A stretch of 63,500 nucleotides of DNA, the filler included, from Globobulimina sp. (taxonomy: Eukaryota): NCBI GenBank assembly GCA_003354225.1. It is 39 parts of 39 records of this genome, joined end to end, with 100 filler letters (N's around TTAATTAATTAA, not from the genome) between each part and the next. Parts side by side here need not be neighbours in the genome. Positions count along the whole stretch, not along the records: positions 1 to 1,532 come from PIVH01015209.1; positions 1,633 to 3,164 come from PIVH01015210.1; positions 3,265 to 4,796 come from PIVH01015211.1; positions 4,897 to 6,428 come from PIVH01015212.1; positions 6,529 to 8,060 come from PIVH01015213.1; positions 8,161 to 9,692 come from PIVH01015214.1; positions 9,793 to 11,324 come from PIVH01015215.1; positions 11,425 to 12,955 come from PIVH01015216.1; 31 more parts are not named here. The stretch is one strand, 5' to 3'. A program made the position numbers and the translations under genes. This document shows, piece after piece, positions 1-12,167 of this stretch; within the stretch, counting starts at the first letter, position 1; each line of letters opens with the position of its first letter. The notes under the pieces were generated by a model, which was not told the DNA's origin, did no database searches, and saw only the letters and a program-made list of their open reading frames with translations.

Positions 1-6
1 TTAGTA

Positions 7-1316
7 ATGATAATGCTTATTATATTCATTGGATTACAAATGACATCAACTGATATATATACTGACATCAACAACAACCAAGACATTGTACTCGACACTG
101 ATAGCTCCACGCCATCGCCTGTGCATCCATCGGGGATTGAAGTCATAGTCCACGAAGATGATGGCGACGTTGAAGTCGATGTGCCTCAACAAATACCGCC
201 AGATGTAAACACATCAAACCATCGTCAAAAAATGCAAAATCTTGTCCCCAAAAAACTAAAGAACCCAATAAGCAAACCTAGGTTCAAGCCATTGATAAAT
301 ATCAAGGCAAACTACCACGACTCAAAAGAAGAAAACATAATATTACCATCCATCGAAGAAATGTCCAAGAACAAATCTCGTCGTTTTTATTCGAATTCAG
401 ACATGGAGCAACCAGCAACGATATATGGCTACAACCAGCAATGCCACAAATGTGCCAATTGGAAATATGTCATTATCTCCGGACTATACAACACCGGAAC
501 CAATGTCGCGTATCGTTTGATCGCACCCAATTGTGCCACTCGTATGAAATTCCAACCGGGCTGGGGTAAGCATCCATTTTTTTGAACATTATTACATATA
601 TAATAATATTTGAATTGACATGCATTTGTAACTCAGGCAAGCATGAAATGTTCAACAATACAAAAATAAAATATTTCAACGAGCATGAAGTGCCCGGCAG
701 TCCCATTGGTTTGTATGATGAGTCCATACTGATTGTTGTGATAAAAGATCCATTGACTTGGTTCAAAAGTATGTGTAAAGCCAATTACGACTTTCGATAT
801 TTTAATCGGTCATGGTTTTTCGAGACATGTCCGCTGCATATTGAACAGTCGGCGTTTGACTGGTTGCCAATGAATAGAGGGAAGGTCATGAACCGAGGGG
901 AGGATAAGAGGAGTAATGGCATCTATGAGTCACCGATACATCTATGGAATGAGTGGTATTCGAGTGTGATAGCAGAGGTGGATGGGGCTCGATGGCCGCA
1001 TTTGATTGTTCGATTCGAGGATATGTTGTTTAGAGTGAATTCTGTGGTGCAACAGTTTTGTAAATGTGTGGGGAAATGCGAATATAGAAAAGGAGTCAGC
1101 GATAAGTCCATTAAGATTACAGATGCTCCGTCCAAACCGCATGGCAATCCTAGGAATAGGACTATGTCGTTTTGGGCTTATTCGAATCCGCAATATCGAT
1201 ATGAAGGATATAGTAAACAGGACTTGCAGTACATGTTGGATACTATCAATCAAACGTTATTGGAAACGTTTGGGTATGAATTTGATGTTGAAAAGACATT
1301 GCGAATGCGATTATGA
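7..1316 (+). CDS. Sulfotransferase-like protein, 2 exons (intron 566-636)
   Basis: Splicing GTAAGC...CTCAG joins ORFs 7-585 and 582-1316 in frame (QPGWGKHEM). Motifs IISGLYNTGTN (5'-PSB-like), VVIKDPLTWFKS (3'-PB-like), IVRFEDML; hydrophobic N-terminus. Confidence 0.7.
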
Positions 1317-1532
1317 TCGATCGACGTTATGTAGATTTTAATATTTTGATGCTGTTTTCAATCTTTGGTTTACGAATCCGTTGAGAATACGGATAAAAAC
1401 AAATGTTGTTCACTTACTCGAGTCGAGTCGTGCTTGTTGAAGGATGTCCACTTGTTTTCCCCTTTTCAGTTTTTGGTTGGTGTTTACGATATTAATAACC
1501 ACCCATTTTGATTGTGTATTTTCATCAGCGTC

Positions 1533-1632
1533 NNNNNNNNNNNNNNNNNNNNNNNNNNNNNNNNNNNNNNNNNNNNTTAATTAATTAANNNNNNNNNNNN
1601 NNNNNNNNNNNNNNNNNNNNNNNNNNNNNNNN
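1533..1632. other. Artificial contig spacer (44 N + TTAATTAATTAA + 44 N); first of 38 identical spacers, last at 61871-61970
   Basis: Identical 100-bp unit every ~1630 bp; linker has stops in all six frames; flanking contigs fall from 1532 to 1530 bp. Confidence 0.99.
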
Positions 1633-1643
1633 AAACAAAATAG

Positions 1644-3164
1644 TTATACTAAACCTGGTGGTAATGCATAATTATTTTTTTTTATTGTATTCCAATAATT
1701 TTTAATCATTTTTAAAAGCAACACTTTATATTTTATTTTCGCATTGTAAGTGTTTGACAAATTATTGATTAAAATATTGATTTCTTTACAATATTTATCA
1801 TAATTATTTGAATGCAATGATATTATTTTTAACAATTTAAAACCAGCACAAGTATCAAACGATGTTTTCGTGGATAATAACTTCTTAATAAATTGATAAA
1901 ATATAACATTCCATGAAATTAAATCGTATTTAAATAATTCACCAATGATTGTAATTATATTATTAAATCTGTTCTTTTTCTTTTCATAATAAAATACAAA
2001 CTTGCATTCCTTCCATAACTCCGTTTCTATAAATTTCTCATTTAAACACCGACAAAATGCGACATATTTATTTATAAATAAAGGCATATTTACCGATTTT
2101 TTCCAATATTTGCTTTTAATAAAATGACCAAAATATAAATTTATTTCACTAAATGATATAATATGATTCCTATATAATTTACAAATCATTTCATATAAAT
2201 TACGTAGTCTCTGTGGTTCAATTTTATTCAATCTTTCTATCTCAAAACATTCACCAATAAATTCCAATAATTCTCTTGTAAAATTAATATCTTTTATATC
2301 ATAATTATTAGTCGACATTACCTGTTCTAAAATATCACCATAAATCAACCTACTTTCAATTGCAACATCTCTCTCCTTATTATTATTTACAAATGGATGC
2401 ATTAATACATTTTGTAAATCAATTCTTGTACTCTGGAATCTGAAAATCCGTTTTAATAAATCCAATCCATTTTTATATAACAAATTACAGCTTGCATTCA
2501 TATTTGACAAATTACAATATTTTAATTTATTCAATTTATTTACAAAACTCTTCAAGTTATGTGTTGTTGGTGCTTTATTATTACATGGACGCATACCAAA
2601 TAACATAGTAAATAGCATACTGCCTAAGGAATAAACATCGGCTCGTCGGGCATCGAAATACATACAATTTGTGTACACCTCTGGTGCCATATAATGGATT
2701 TTCCCAACCATGCCATAGCAGTTAAAATTATTTTTTTTTATTTTTTTTGCTGTCCCGAAATCAATAATTGTAACGTTTAATGTTTGTGGATCAATCATCG
2801 CATTTTCAAGGGATAAATCTAAATGGCAATATTTCTTATTATGTAACCAGTCGACTGTTTTGCATAACGATTGGAAAATTATTTGGATTTTTCTTATCCA
2901 GTCGAAGTTGTTTGGTTTAAAATTATCTTTTATATAATCAAATAAAGAGATATTATACATTTGCATTGCATAAAAATAAGACTTCGAATCATTCCAAGAA
3001 TGAATCCATTCAACAATTCCATTATGATGATATTGAGACAATTTCTTTGTTATATTTCTTTCACCGACAAAATCTTCTGCAATTTTATGATTTTGTTTAC
3101 TTAAAAATTGATTCACTAAATAACGATTTGCTGATTTAATTATAATTTTTTTATTCTTGTTGTG
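1644..3164 (-). CDS. Ser/Thr protein kinase with C-terminal MIF4G-like helical domain (5' partial)
   Basis: Frame open to contig edge; IIIK, HLDLSLEN, DFG, YMAPE, DVYSLG; C-terminal NNIITIIGELFKYDLI resembles MIF4G. Confidence 0.85.
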   Translation of the reverse strand, partial: HNKNKKIIIKSANRYLVNQFLSKQNHKIAEDFVGERNITKKLSQYHHNGIVEWIHSWNDSKSYFYAMQMYNISLFDYIKDNFKPNNFDWIRKIQIIFQSLCKTVDWLHNKKYCHLDLSLENAMIDPQTLNVTIIDFGTAKKIKKNNFNCYGMVGKIHYMAPEVYTNCMYFDARRADVYSLGSMLFTMLFGMRPCNNKAPTTHNLKSFVNKLNKLKYCNLSNMNASCNLLYKNGLDLLKRIFRFQSTRIDLQNVLMHPFVNNNKERDVAIESRLIYGDILEQVMSTNNYDIKDINFTRELLEFIGECFEIERLNKIEPQRLRNLYEMICKLYRNHIISFSEINLYFGHFIKSKYWKKSVNMPLFINKYVAFCRCLNEKFIETELWKECKFVFYYEKKKNRFNNIITIIGELFKYDLISWNVIFYQFIKKLLSTKTSFDTCAGFKLLKIISLHSNNYDKYCKEINILINNLSNTYNAKIKYKVLLLKMIKNYWNTIKKNNYALPPGLV

Positions 3165-3709
3165 NNNNNNNNNNNNNNNNNNNNNNNNNNNNNNNNNNNN
3201 NNNNNNNNTTAATTAATTAANNNNNNNNNNNNNNNNNNNNNNNNNNNNNNNNNNNNNNNNNNNNGGGCATGGATTTTACAGGTTTTAATTGAGAGTCTGC
3301 GTATTTGAAACCCATCGATATATAGTTTTGATTCGATGATTCTGAGGTTGTGTCACACTCTTCATAGGGTATGGCATGTGCTTGTTTGCTTAGTGACATT
3401 TTTATATATCAGAGCCTATAACGCGTGGATTAAGCTCTAGGTTACTTTAATGAAAATTGAAAACTTTTAACTACTAACTCAAAAAATCAACACAACACAC
3501 TTCCTTCAATCTTGTTTATTTATACAATATAATCCACCAATCAATTCACTTTGAAGTTGGAATCTTCGCATAAGTTATTAATAGCTGATATAGACACCAT
3601 ATACAAAAGTGTCTTTACGCACTCGTTTATATTCAGAATTATACTGCCACTGTTTACATACATATATATTTCAACAAATTAAAAAAACGTGTAACCACAA
3701 TTAATAAAA

Positions 3710-4612
3710 ATGCAAATTAAATCCGAAAATGAAAATGTGGACATTGATGACAATAAATCTCAGTGTCGAAGTACAAACGTATCACCAAACATATCGCCTT
3801 ACGAATATGAATATAAAACAAAGAATACCATCAAAGACATATTTTATACTGACAAAGAATTGAAAAAGATTCAAGAATTTGTTGAATTAGCAAAAGATAA
3901 AAGAAAATATAAATGGAAATCAATTGAATCAGATATAGATACTTTCGAAATGGAGTATGTTGAATCAAAAAATAGTTCATCAGGTATCTGCATTGCAAGA
4001 GGTACCATAGTCGTTGACTGTAATCCAGAAGATATATTTTTTGGCTATGACGATTATACAAAAATTAAAGATTTAGGTATGACTTTTTAAGCCTATAGCT
4101 ATTAGCTATATATTTCATTTCTTTTTTTATTTTCAGATGAAAACTGTTTATCCGTTGAATTGAAACATAAATATGATGATCATAGACGTATTATGTCCGG
4201 CTCATTTCACGCACCGTTACCTTTTTGGAATCGAGAAATCCTTTTTGAAGAAATGCGATGCATAATTGATGAGAAAGGAAATATTATACATAATGTACTA
4301 ATGATTGATTTACAAAATAAATTTAAGATGAAAGGTCGGAGTTCAGTATGTTTAGGTTTTAGTGTGAAATCTGATGAATGTCCATTTGAAGATGTTGTAC
4401 GTAATAAGCACGTTCGATGTGATTTAAAATTTGGTGGCTATTATTTTACAAATATTGGTGATAATAAATGCCGTGCGACATACTTAGTTTGTTTGGATAT
4501 CGGTGGTTGGGTTCCTTCTTGGTTTACAAATGTTATTTTACCTCAACAATCAAAGAATATATTAAAAATGAAAGATTATATTGATAGTTTAATACTATGT
4601 CACAAGGAATGA
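3710..4612 (+). CDS. START-domain lipid-binding protein, 2 exons (intron 4077-4136)
   Basis: In-frame splice gives KDLDENCLSV; APLPFWNRE, HVRCDL..GGYYF, CRATYLVCLDIGGWVPSW are START motifs. Confidence 0.85.
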
Positions 4613-4896
4613 AAAATACAGCAACTTAATTGAACAATAAAATTAATGTTTCTTTAACGTTTTTTTGTCATTGTAGCACATCATATTTTTTTCTCATTTT
4701 ATTGCATTCTCTCAAACTACATGGCAACGTCCTGTTATCTCAAAATCAACACGAATACTGCTAAAAAATTCGCAAAACATAAAAAAAAAAAAAAAANNNN
4801 NNNNNNNNNNNNNNNNNNNNNNNNNNNNNNNNNNNNNNNNTTAATTAATTAANNNNNNNNNNNNNNNNNNNNNNNNNNNNNNNNNNNNNNNNNNNN

Positions 4897-6428
4897 TACA
4901 ATGAATATGATGATGATGATGATAATGCAGACAACAATGAATATGATAGTCATAGACCAACATTAAATGATCGAACATCGCAACAACGTCCAAAATCAGA
5001 GAAAAAAATAACAAAAAAAAAATTTAAACAATATAGAGGTTTAATAAAAAAACGACTATCAGAGAAGCAAAGAATGTCATTTGATGACTTAGTGATTCGT
5101 AATATTCACGCTGGGTTTGTTTATTTTTTTATTTTATGCCTTCAACTACATTATTAAATATACGATCTTTATTTAATTATAAGGCTTAAAGATGAGTTAT
5201 TTGAGAAAAAACCAATGGAAAAATCTAAAAAAATATTGCAATTAAATAGACGCTTATCGCATAGACCACAGCCACATGAGATACAAAACGATGATGAATT
5301 GCCTTTAGATTTAAAAAAAGCAGATTCAGAATATTATAAATTATATAAATATAGAGATGAGGAAGAGGACGACGACGAAGAAGAAGAAGAAGATGGAGAG
5401 GAGGACCCCTCGCCACCGCGTAATCGAACCGTATCTGATCCAAATCCACAAACAACAACAACAAGCTCTAAATGTAAATCCATTAAAATGACCTCCATCG
5501 AGAATCCTTTGGATTGGAAATTTGGACAACGATCATCCACCAAAGAACTACAAATTCGCGGCATAATTCCCGAGGCTTATGCTGATGTGGTGCATGGCGA
5601 CAAGTCTTTAGAAGACGCAAAAAAAGAATGGCAAGCATATAAAAGGAAATCCTCGCTCAAAATCAAAAATAAAATCAACATCAATCAGAAGTTTCGACCG
5701 ACAAAGAAAGACTTACAAGATCGCGGCATCATATATGAAGAGTATGAAATGAAAGAGATTTTGAAAGAAAAAAAGAAGAATGTCACCTCTTTATCTATGA
5801 AATTAAAGCAAAGAATTGATCCAAACGAAGCAGACCAAAGAGCCATTATCAACAAATACGAATTATTCAGCAATGTGGACTATGCCCAACACGAAGTAAA
5901 TAAAAAGGATGAAACTGACCGATTAAAAAAAAAACTGACCGGTTCTATTGGTCAACGCTCCAAAAAGGACGAGATTGTTTCGCGTGGTATTGTACATCGG
6001 GAATATCTTGAAGACGATTACCAAATCGCTAGGAATAAAATCAAAGAGAATAGAATTTCTATCAAAAAACAGCTGAAACAGGAAATTAATAAATTATTAG
6101 AATCGCGAGGCTCTGAAACCACTCCAATACCACAGCCATCACAACAACCAAACCAATATCCAGAGGATGAGGATGAGGACGACGACGACGACAACACCTA
6201 TAATTTTCCAACTTTTTTAGATCGCTTAAAAGCAGAAAAGAAAGCAACCTCTCAAACCTTAGAGACGCATATGCGGAGACGGTCCACCATCGAAGAACTG
6301 CAGAAACAGGGCATCTTACCAATGAATGTTAATTTTGGCGCTGGCTATGATGCCGATGCTAGCGATCAAAATGATGACATACCGGAGTTACACGACTCCA
6401 TTGCCATACAAAATGATAATGATAATGA
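4897..6428 (+). CDS. Multi-RPEL-repeat (G-actin-binding) protein, partial both ends (intron 5115-5183)
   Basis: About 7 RPEL-like units, e.g. RRLSHRPQPHEI, QRSSTKELQIRGII, RPTKKDLQDRGII, RRRSTIEELQKQGIL. Confidence 0.8.
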
Positions 6429-6530
6429 NNNNNNNNNNNNNNNNNNNNNNNNNNNNNNNNNNNNNNNNNNNNTTAATTAATTAANNNNNNNNNNNNNNNN
6501 NNNNNNNNNNNNNNNNNNNNNNNNNNNNAT

Positions 6531-8060
6531 TCGTTTAATATTTCTACCATGCAACTTCTTGATAAAATACATTGTTATTTACTGCATTCGTTTATTGACA
6601 ATAAAAACAATAAAAAAGCGAGTTTCAAACAATTGAATGCATCGAAAATAATGAATACAGCTCATATCAGGTTCGATGAAATAAATGTGGAATATGAGCT
6701 GAATCCAACTGAAATTGCGCGAAGACAGCAAATCTGGAAATATTTGGATCAAAAGGATAATAAATTTGTAGTAAATTGCGACAAGATTGAATATGATAAA
6801 TCAGACAGCAAAACTGAAGCATTATTGCCAATGTCATATTATTACAAAGCACAAACAGATACGGATATGGATGAAAAATTCTATGTGGATGGTTCTCCTT
6901 TATTTAAATCGCCATTTTCAATGAGCATAAGCACTAAACGCAAATCTAGAGCCAACACCGCGTATAGCACCGGCAGCATATTTAGCGATAATGGGTCGAC
7001 AGACAGCGATATGGATGAAAGTGCGAATGGGATATGCATTAAACCAAAATATAAAACATTCCATAACGAAATAACAAAGAATAAGATATATTCACTGAGT
7101 AATTTACAGTTTGATGATACTTATATCAATGCAATGTATTGGATAAAAACAGAGAGAATTCAGAATATCGTAGCTAAAAATGTCGGTGTATTAAATATCA
7201 AATCAGGTATTATTCCAGGTACAATTATAGGAATCAATCATATTATGTCGTTGCTGTTTTATTGCAATTATAAAGGCTTTCAAAATGCGTTCAGGAAATT
7301 GAGTAATATGGAACACCTCAAATACATTGCTCATTGTAGTCGGTATATATACGAAGCAGTTCATATATTTGGTGAGGTTTACAACGGTGATAAATGTTTA
7401 TATGTCTCATTGAATAAAGAAATGTTGTTTGATCAGTGGAACATCCATTTTATTGCTCCAGTGTCGACCACCGACAATGTGTATATTGTCAGCAAATATG
7501 TGTATAAAAATGGTGTCATATTAAAGTTGACCGACAAGGAAGCAGCGCGATATTTTGATATGTCAATCTTTACAGACTTTTGTTATGAGGAAGAAAAATT
7601 ATTTATGAATGCAAAATTTTCAATTCAAAATATAATATTATCAGATATGAAATCATTGTTGTATGGAATGTATAGCATGGAATTGTTTAAACGTATTATG
7701 AGAGGACAGGTATTTAGCTGTTTTGCAAAGGATTTAATGACTTTGAAATCACAGTCAATATTATTACATTTGATGCAGAATTATGTGAACAAATCGGTGA
7801 ATAAATATAAATATACAGCAAGTAATAAATGTGCATTTCAATATTTATGCAACTTATTTAATTATATTATTGATAAACAGTTTAAACATAATTCGCAATA
7901 CATAGCCTGTTTAAATGTCGATGAGATTAAAAGATTAAACAAAAATTTGTCATTATTTTTTTACAGTGCTGGCAAGATTGGTCCGTTGATTCGACAGATT
8001 CTGCATAATAAGAGAATAATTTATGCGGTGAAATATGAATTTATTTTGTTTGAAGATAAA
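6531..8060 (+). CDS. Protein with degenerate ADP-ribosyltransferase-like domain (partial)
   Basis: Motif order LYVS...APVSTT...GVILKL...FCYEEEKLF resembles R-S-E clade ART core, without the Arg. Confidence 0.5.
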
Positions 8061-8160
8061 NNNNNNNNNNNNNNNNNNNNNNNNNNNNNNNNNNNNNNNN
8101 NNNNTTAATTAATTAANNNNNNNNNNNNNNNNNNNNNNNNNNNNNNNNNNNNNNNNNNNN

Positions 8161-9692
8161 ACATATAAAGAACAGATTGGTAATCAACCCGGCTCGTTGT
8201 CGATGGATGAGATAAAAAAAGTAATCGCGTCCGTCAAATATGAGAATCATAACTTAATTAATCGTGTAAACAACGACGAGATCAATCTCTATGCACATTC
8301 ATTGGTAAAATACAAACATAATTTATTTGCAACGATTGTGACCAAACATGAAAGTGGAAAGTACGACATTCAAATTCGAGACGAATGCAAATGGCATAAT
8401 GGGCAGCAAATTATGACCCAGATATCGAGAGATCAGGTTCGTTTTTGTGTGTTTTTGTGGTTTGATAACAGTAATATATATATTTACAGATCGAGTATGC
8501 CACTGAATATGAATTAAAATGTGAGCAAAATGTATTTGAAACCAATTTTATTGCAAATAACTCGGAAGAATCGCAGATGAATGCGCCTTTTGAGAGTGCT
8601 GATGATAACGAAATGGCAATCTATGATTTTTTGGATGAAGTGGGCGATATTTATATCCATCAATTCCTATCCAATGGCTGTAATAAACTCGATTTTATGA
8701 TTGTGTTAACTGAGAATGACTTAATTGCCATGTATATAAAATTAATCCATCGTCGCTATATAATGCATAAAATCGAGACCTTTGATATTGACCAATTCCA
8801 ACGTCTACGGCGAGAAAAGAAAGAGAAAAAAGAAAGCATGCAACCCAGGAAAGTTCCAGCTGCGGTGGGTAGCGATGATACGGATGAGATTAAGCAAGAA
8901 ATAGATGCCCCGCATGTGCCGCATGTGCAACCCGTACAACCTGTACCTGTACGTACGGAAAATAGCGATTACGGCTCAACAGAGTCCGTATCAACAGAGT
9001 CCAAATCCGATGATGGTCTCTTACAACACGACAATGTGACGGCTGGTGTGAGCAATGAAAATGGGCCGGATACCGGCTATGAACATGATATCGAGGACGG
9101 TGATGAGGTTTGTTTGGATGAGACTATATCTGAGAAATCGAAAACTGATCAGGAGGAAATAGTGATTATTCATAATGATAATGAGGAAAAAATAGAAGAT
9201 AAAGAGACTAAAATAAGTGATGGGCCTGATGGCGATGAGGATATTGCGGTGGAGACCGGCTATGAGGACGAGGATGAAGACGAAGAACAGTTATTTTCCA
9301 CACGAGATTTGGATGTGAATGAAGAGAATGGCAATGTGAATGTGACCGACAGTGACAGTGACAGTGAGAGTGTGAGTGGGCGTGTCATTGTCAATGAGGA
9401 GACCAAAGAAACAGTTGGGAATGAGATGGATATGAATGAGAATGATAAGTATGAGTATGATGACGAGTCGGGCTCATCGGACAGTGTGTTGCCTGGCGAT
9501 CATACCACACCGGAAAAGCCAGAGGATGGCAATGGGGATAGTCAGGAGACGGAGACAAAGGCGAAGGAGAATGAGGAGATTGTGAATGATGAAAAATATC
9601 ATGAGAATGATTTAGAAATACCAGAAATCGCGAAACCAGAAGCAACTGTAATCGCAATTAATGAACAAGAACAGGAACAGGAACAAGAGATT
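8161..9692 (+). CDS. SAM-domain protein with long acidic low-complexity region (partial; intron 8437-8489)
   Basis: In-frame splice; IYDFLDEVG..YIHQFLSNG...LTENDLIAM.IKLIHRRYI fits SAM. Confidence 0.7.
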
Positions 9693-10094
9693 NNNNNNNN
9701 NNNNNNNNNNNNNNNNNNNNNNNNNNNNNNNNNNNNTTAATTAATTAANNNNNNNNNNNNNNNNNNNNNNNNNNNNNNNNNNNNNNNNNNNNTTATTGAA
9801 ACACAGTGGAGTTGGATATTGCTTTTTTGATAGGCAAAACTTGGTGTACCCAAAAATGTGTTAACACGTTATAATTTTTAAAACAAACAAAAAAAGGTAT
9901 TATAAATTAATATATACTATTATTATATAAAAAAAGATTGTTAAAAAACAACATAAAATAAAAAAGGTAAACATTTAATATACTAATATTATCTAAAAAA
10001 AAACGATCCGACTAAGTGTCAGATTGTGTGCAAAAAATACACATTCAGATGCAATACATATATTTTCAGTGTCAGAAAAATCAGATAAGATAAA

Positions 10095-11324
10095 TTAAAC
10101 TAACTCAGCAGACGGCGTGTTATATTTAATAAACTCTTTTGAGCGAACAAATCGATATTTTACATCAAGTAATAAAAGAGCAGTTTCACGTAATATCGGA
10201 TCATATAATTTTAATATTTCATCCATTGTAAAATTCCAACCTTCAACAATATAATATGCGTCATATTGTTTTCTTAAATCATAACCAATATTTACTTGAC
10301 TTTGAGCATTATCAGCAATATATTTTTCATAAAAACACATAAAAATACGTTTGGATACTTTTTTTGCCTCATCGTCATCATAATTTTTTTTAAAATCTAA
10401 TTTATCAAAAACAATCTTACTATGTGGTATTTGATGCATTTTATGATCAGGAAGTTGATATAAATACGGATTGATATCATTCTCTGTAGCTTCGCATTTA
10501 ATAAATTTAACAAATACGTCCCGGAATTGTTTCATCTCAATGTATGCAAAGATATTCTCGGCACAAAATTCATGCAATGCATAACTGACAAATAACTGCA
10601 GCAACGCCGGTTTCTTGAAAATTGTTTGCATAGAAATGGTTGCGGGATTTGCACGCATTTCTGACAACGATTCGTCGAGTCCGGAACTAGTCGATGCTAA
10701 AAATTCTGTTTCCTTATTTATATGTACGTTCCATAACGGATTTAATGTGATCATTTTAGGAATAACCAATGCAGATAATATGGAGACTGATGGTATGGAA
10801 TAAAGGCCAATGAAGCATAACGAAATGGAGGCATAATAGATATTGAACCAAAAGACTATCACGTTGCAAAAATAAATGGTTAAGCCAGATATATAAAACC
10901 AAGCTGATGTTCTGAATTCGAAATAAAATAGGAATTTATCTCTGATTTTCGGACATTTAACGAAACAGAAAATAACTACAACCACCGGGAAACCATAAAA
11001 TGTGGCGTCAATAAACTGTGTAATCAGATTATAACCAAAGAAATTTATCATAAACATGGATGAGAATGCTGTCACTAAATAATAACAAAATATTCGCTTG
11101 CAACACCAATTTACGTTTCCGTAGGTCGCAATCGCTTGTTTAGATAACCAGAAAGTGTTACTGTTCTCATCTACATTAATAACATCTGTCCATTTCTTAT
11201 TTTCTGTAAAATATAAATGATTTAATTTGAAATACATTGACCAACAACGACACGCCTCAATATCTACAATGCCATGCGCTAAAAAAGGGTATACAAACCA
11301 TGCAATCATAGTAATTTCTTTCTG
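10095..11324 (-). CDS. Multi-TM RGS protein (7TM-RGS type), 5' partial
   Basis: Several TM segments, then LFVSYALHEFCAENIFAYIE and FYEKYI...QVNI RGS motifs. Confidence 0.85.
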   Translation of the reverse strand, partial: QKEITMIAWFVYPFLAHGIVDIEACRCWSMYFKLNHLYFTENKKWTDVINVDENSNTFWLSKQAIATYGNVNWCCKRIFCYYLVTAFSSMFMINFFGYNLITQFIDATFYGFPVVVVIFCFVKCPKIRDKFLFYFEFRTSAWFYISGLTIYFCNVIVFWFNIYYASISLCFIGLYSIPSVSILSALVIPKMITLNPLWNVHINKETEFLASTSSGLDESLSEMRANPATISMQTIFKKPALLQLFVSYALHEFCAENIFAYIEMKQFRDVFVKFIKCEATENDINPYLYQLPDHKMHQIPHSKIVFDKLDFKKNYDDDEAKKVSKRIFMCFYEKYIADNAQSQVNIGYDLRKQYDAYYIVEGWNFTMDEILKLYDPILRETALLLLDVKYRFVRSKEFIKYNTPSAELV

Positions 11325-11612
11325 NNNNNNNNNNNNNNNNNNNNNNNNNNNNNNNNNNNNNNNNNNNNTTAATTAATTAANNNNNNNNNNNNNNNNNNNN
11401 NNNNNNNNNNNNNNNNNNNNNNNNTGTTCGCCAAGTTGCTAATTCCATTTCGTTCATACTCATCAAAGGCTTGGGAGGAGGTGTGAGTCCTTGGTGTCTT
11501 TGATCCTGCTTTCGTTGGCTTTGTTGTATTTGAGCTTGCTTTCATTGTTCTGGAACCAACTGTTGAGCTCCGTTATCAATATCATATTGTAAACCACCGT
11601 CCACGTTATTAT

Positions 11613-12164
11613 TTATTACATATTTTTTTTTCACTTGCAAAAACCTATTTGTTTTGTATTTATTAATTAGTTGGTGTGGGTTCTAATTAGTTGGTGCGGG
11701 TTACACTTATTTCGTGTGCGGGCGGTGTGCGTTATACATTTTCTTCGTGTGCGCGTCACTTTTTTTTTGTGGGCAGGGTACTTTTTTTTTGTGGGCAGGG
11801 TACTTTTTTCTCGTGTGCGGGGTACTTATTTCGTGCGCGGGTCACTTTTTTCTTTTGTGTGCACGGGTAACTTTTTTATCAGCGAATTGCTTCTTTCTTA
11901 TTTGATTTCTTTTTGCAATTTGATTAATGCTAAAAATATGTCCCGCGCACACGAAATAAATGTAACCCACACACACGAAATATGTCCCGCGCTAACGAAA
12001 AAAATGTATACCACACCAAACAAACGAATGTTCCCCGCACACGAAAAAATGGATAACACGAACCATCCAAATTCGTCTCCCACCCATCGAAAGAACAACG
12101 CGCACCATGCAAATGAACAACGCGCACAAAGTTTTCTTGCAAGTGAAAAAAAAATATGTAATAA
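11613..12164. mobile_element. Non-autonomous foldback/MITE-like element with 28-bp perfect TIRs and internal inverted repeat arrays
   Basis: TTATTACATATTTTTTTTTCACTTGCAA at 11613-11640 and exact reverse complement at 12137-12164; TAT on both flanks; degenerate TTTCGTGTGCGGG units on + (~11670-11875) and - (~11935-12130). Confidence 0.75.
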
Positions 12165-12167
12165 TAT

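Noticed and set aside
11670-12130. Repeat arrays as a CRISPR array or as coding ORFs
   Set aside because: Degenerate units without unique spacers, no cas genes; ORFs on both strands just reflect the repeats
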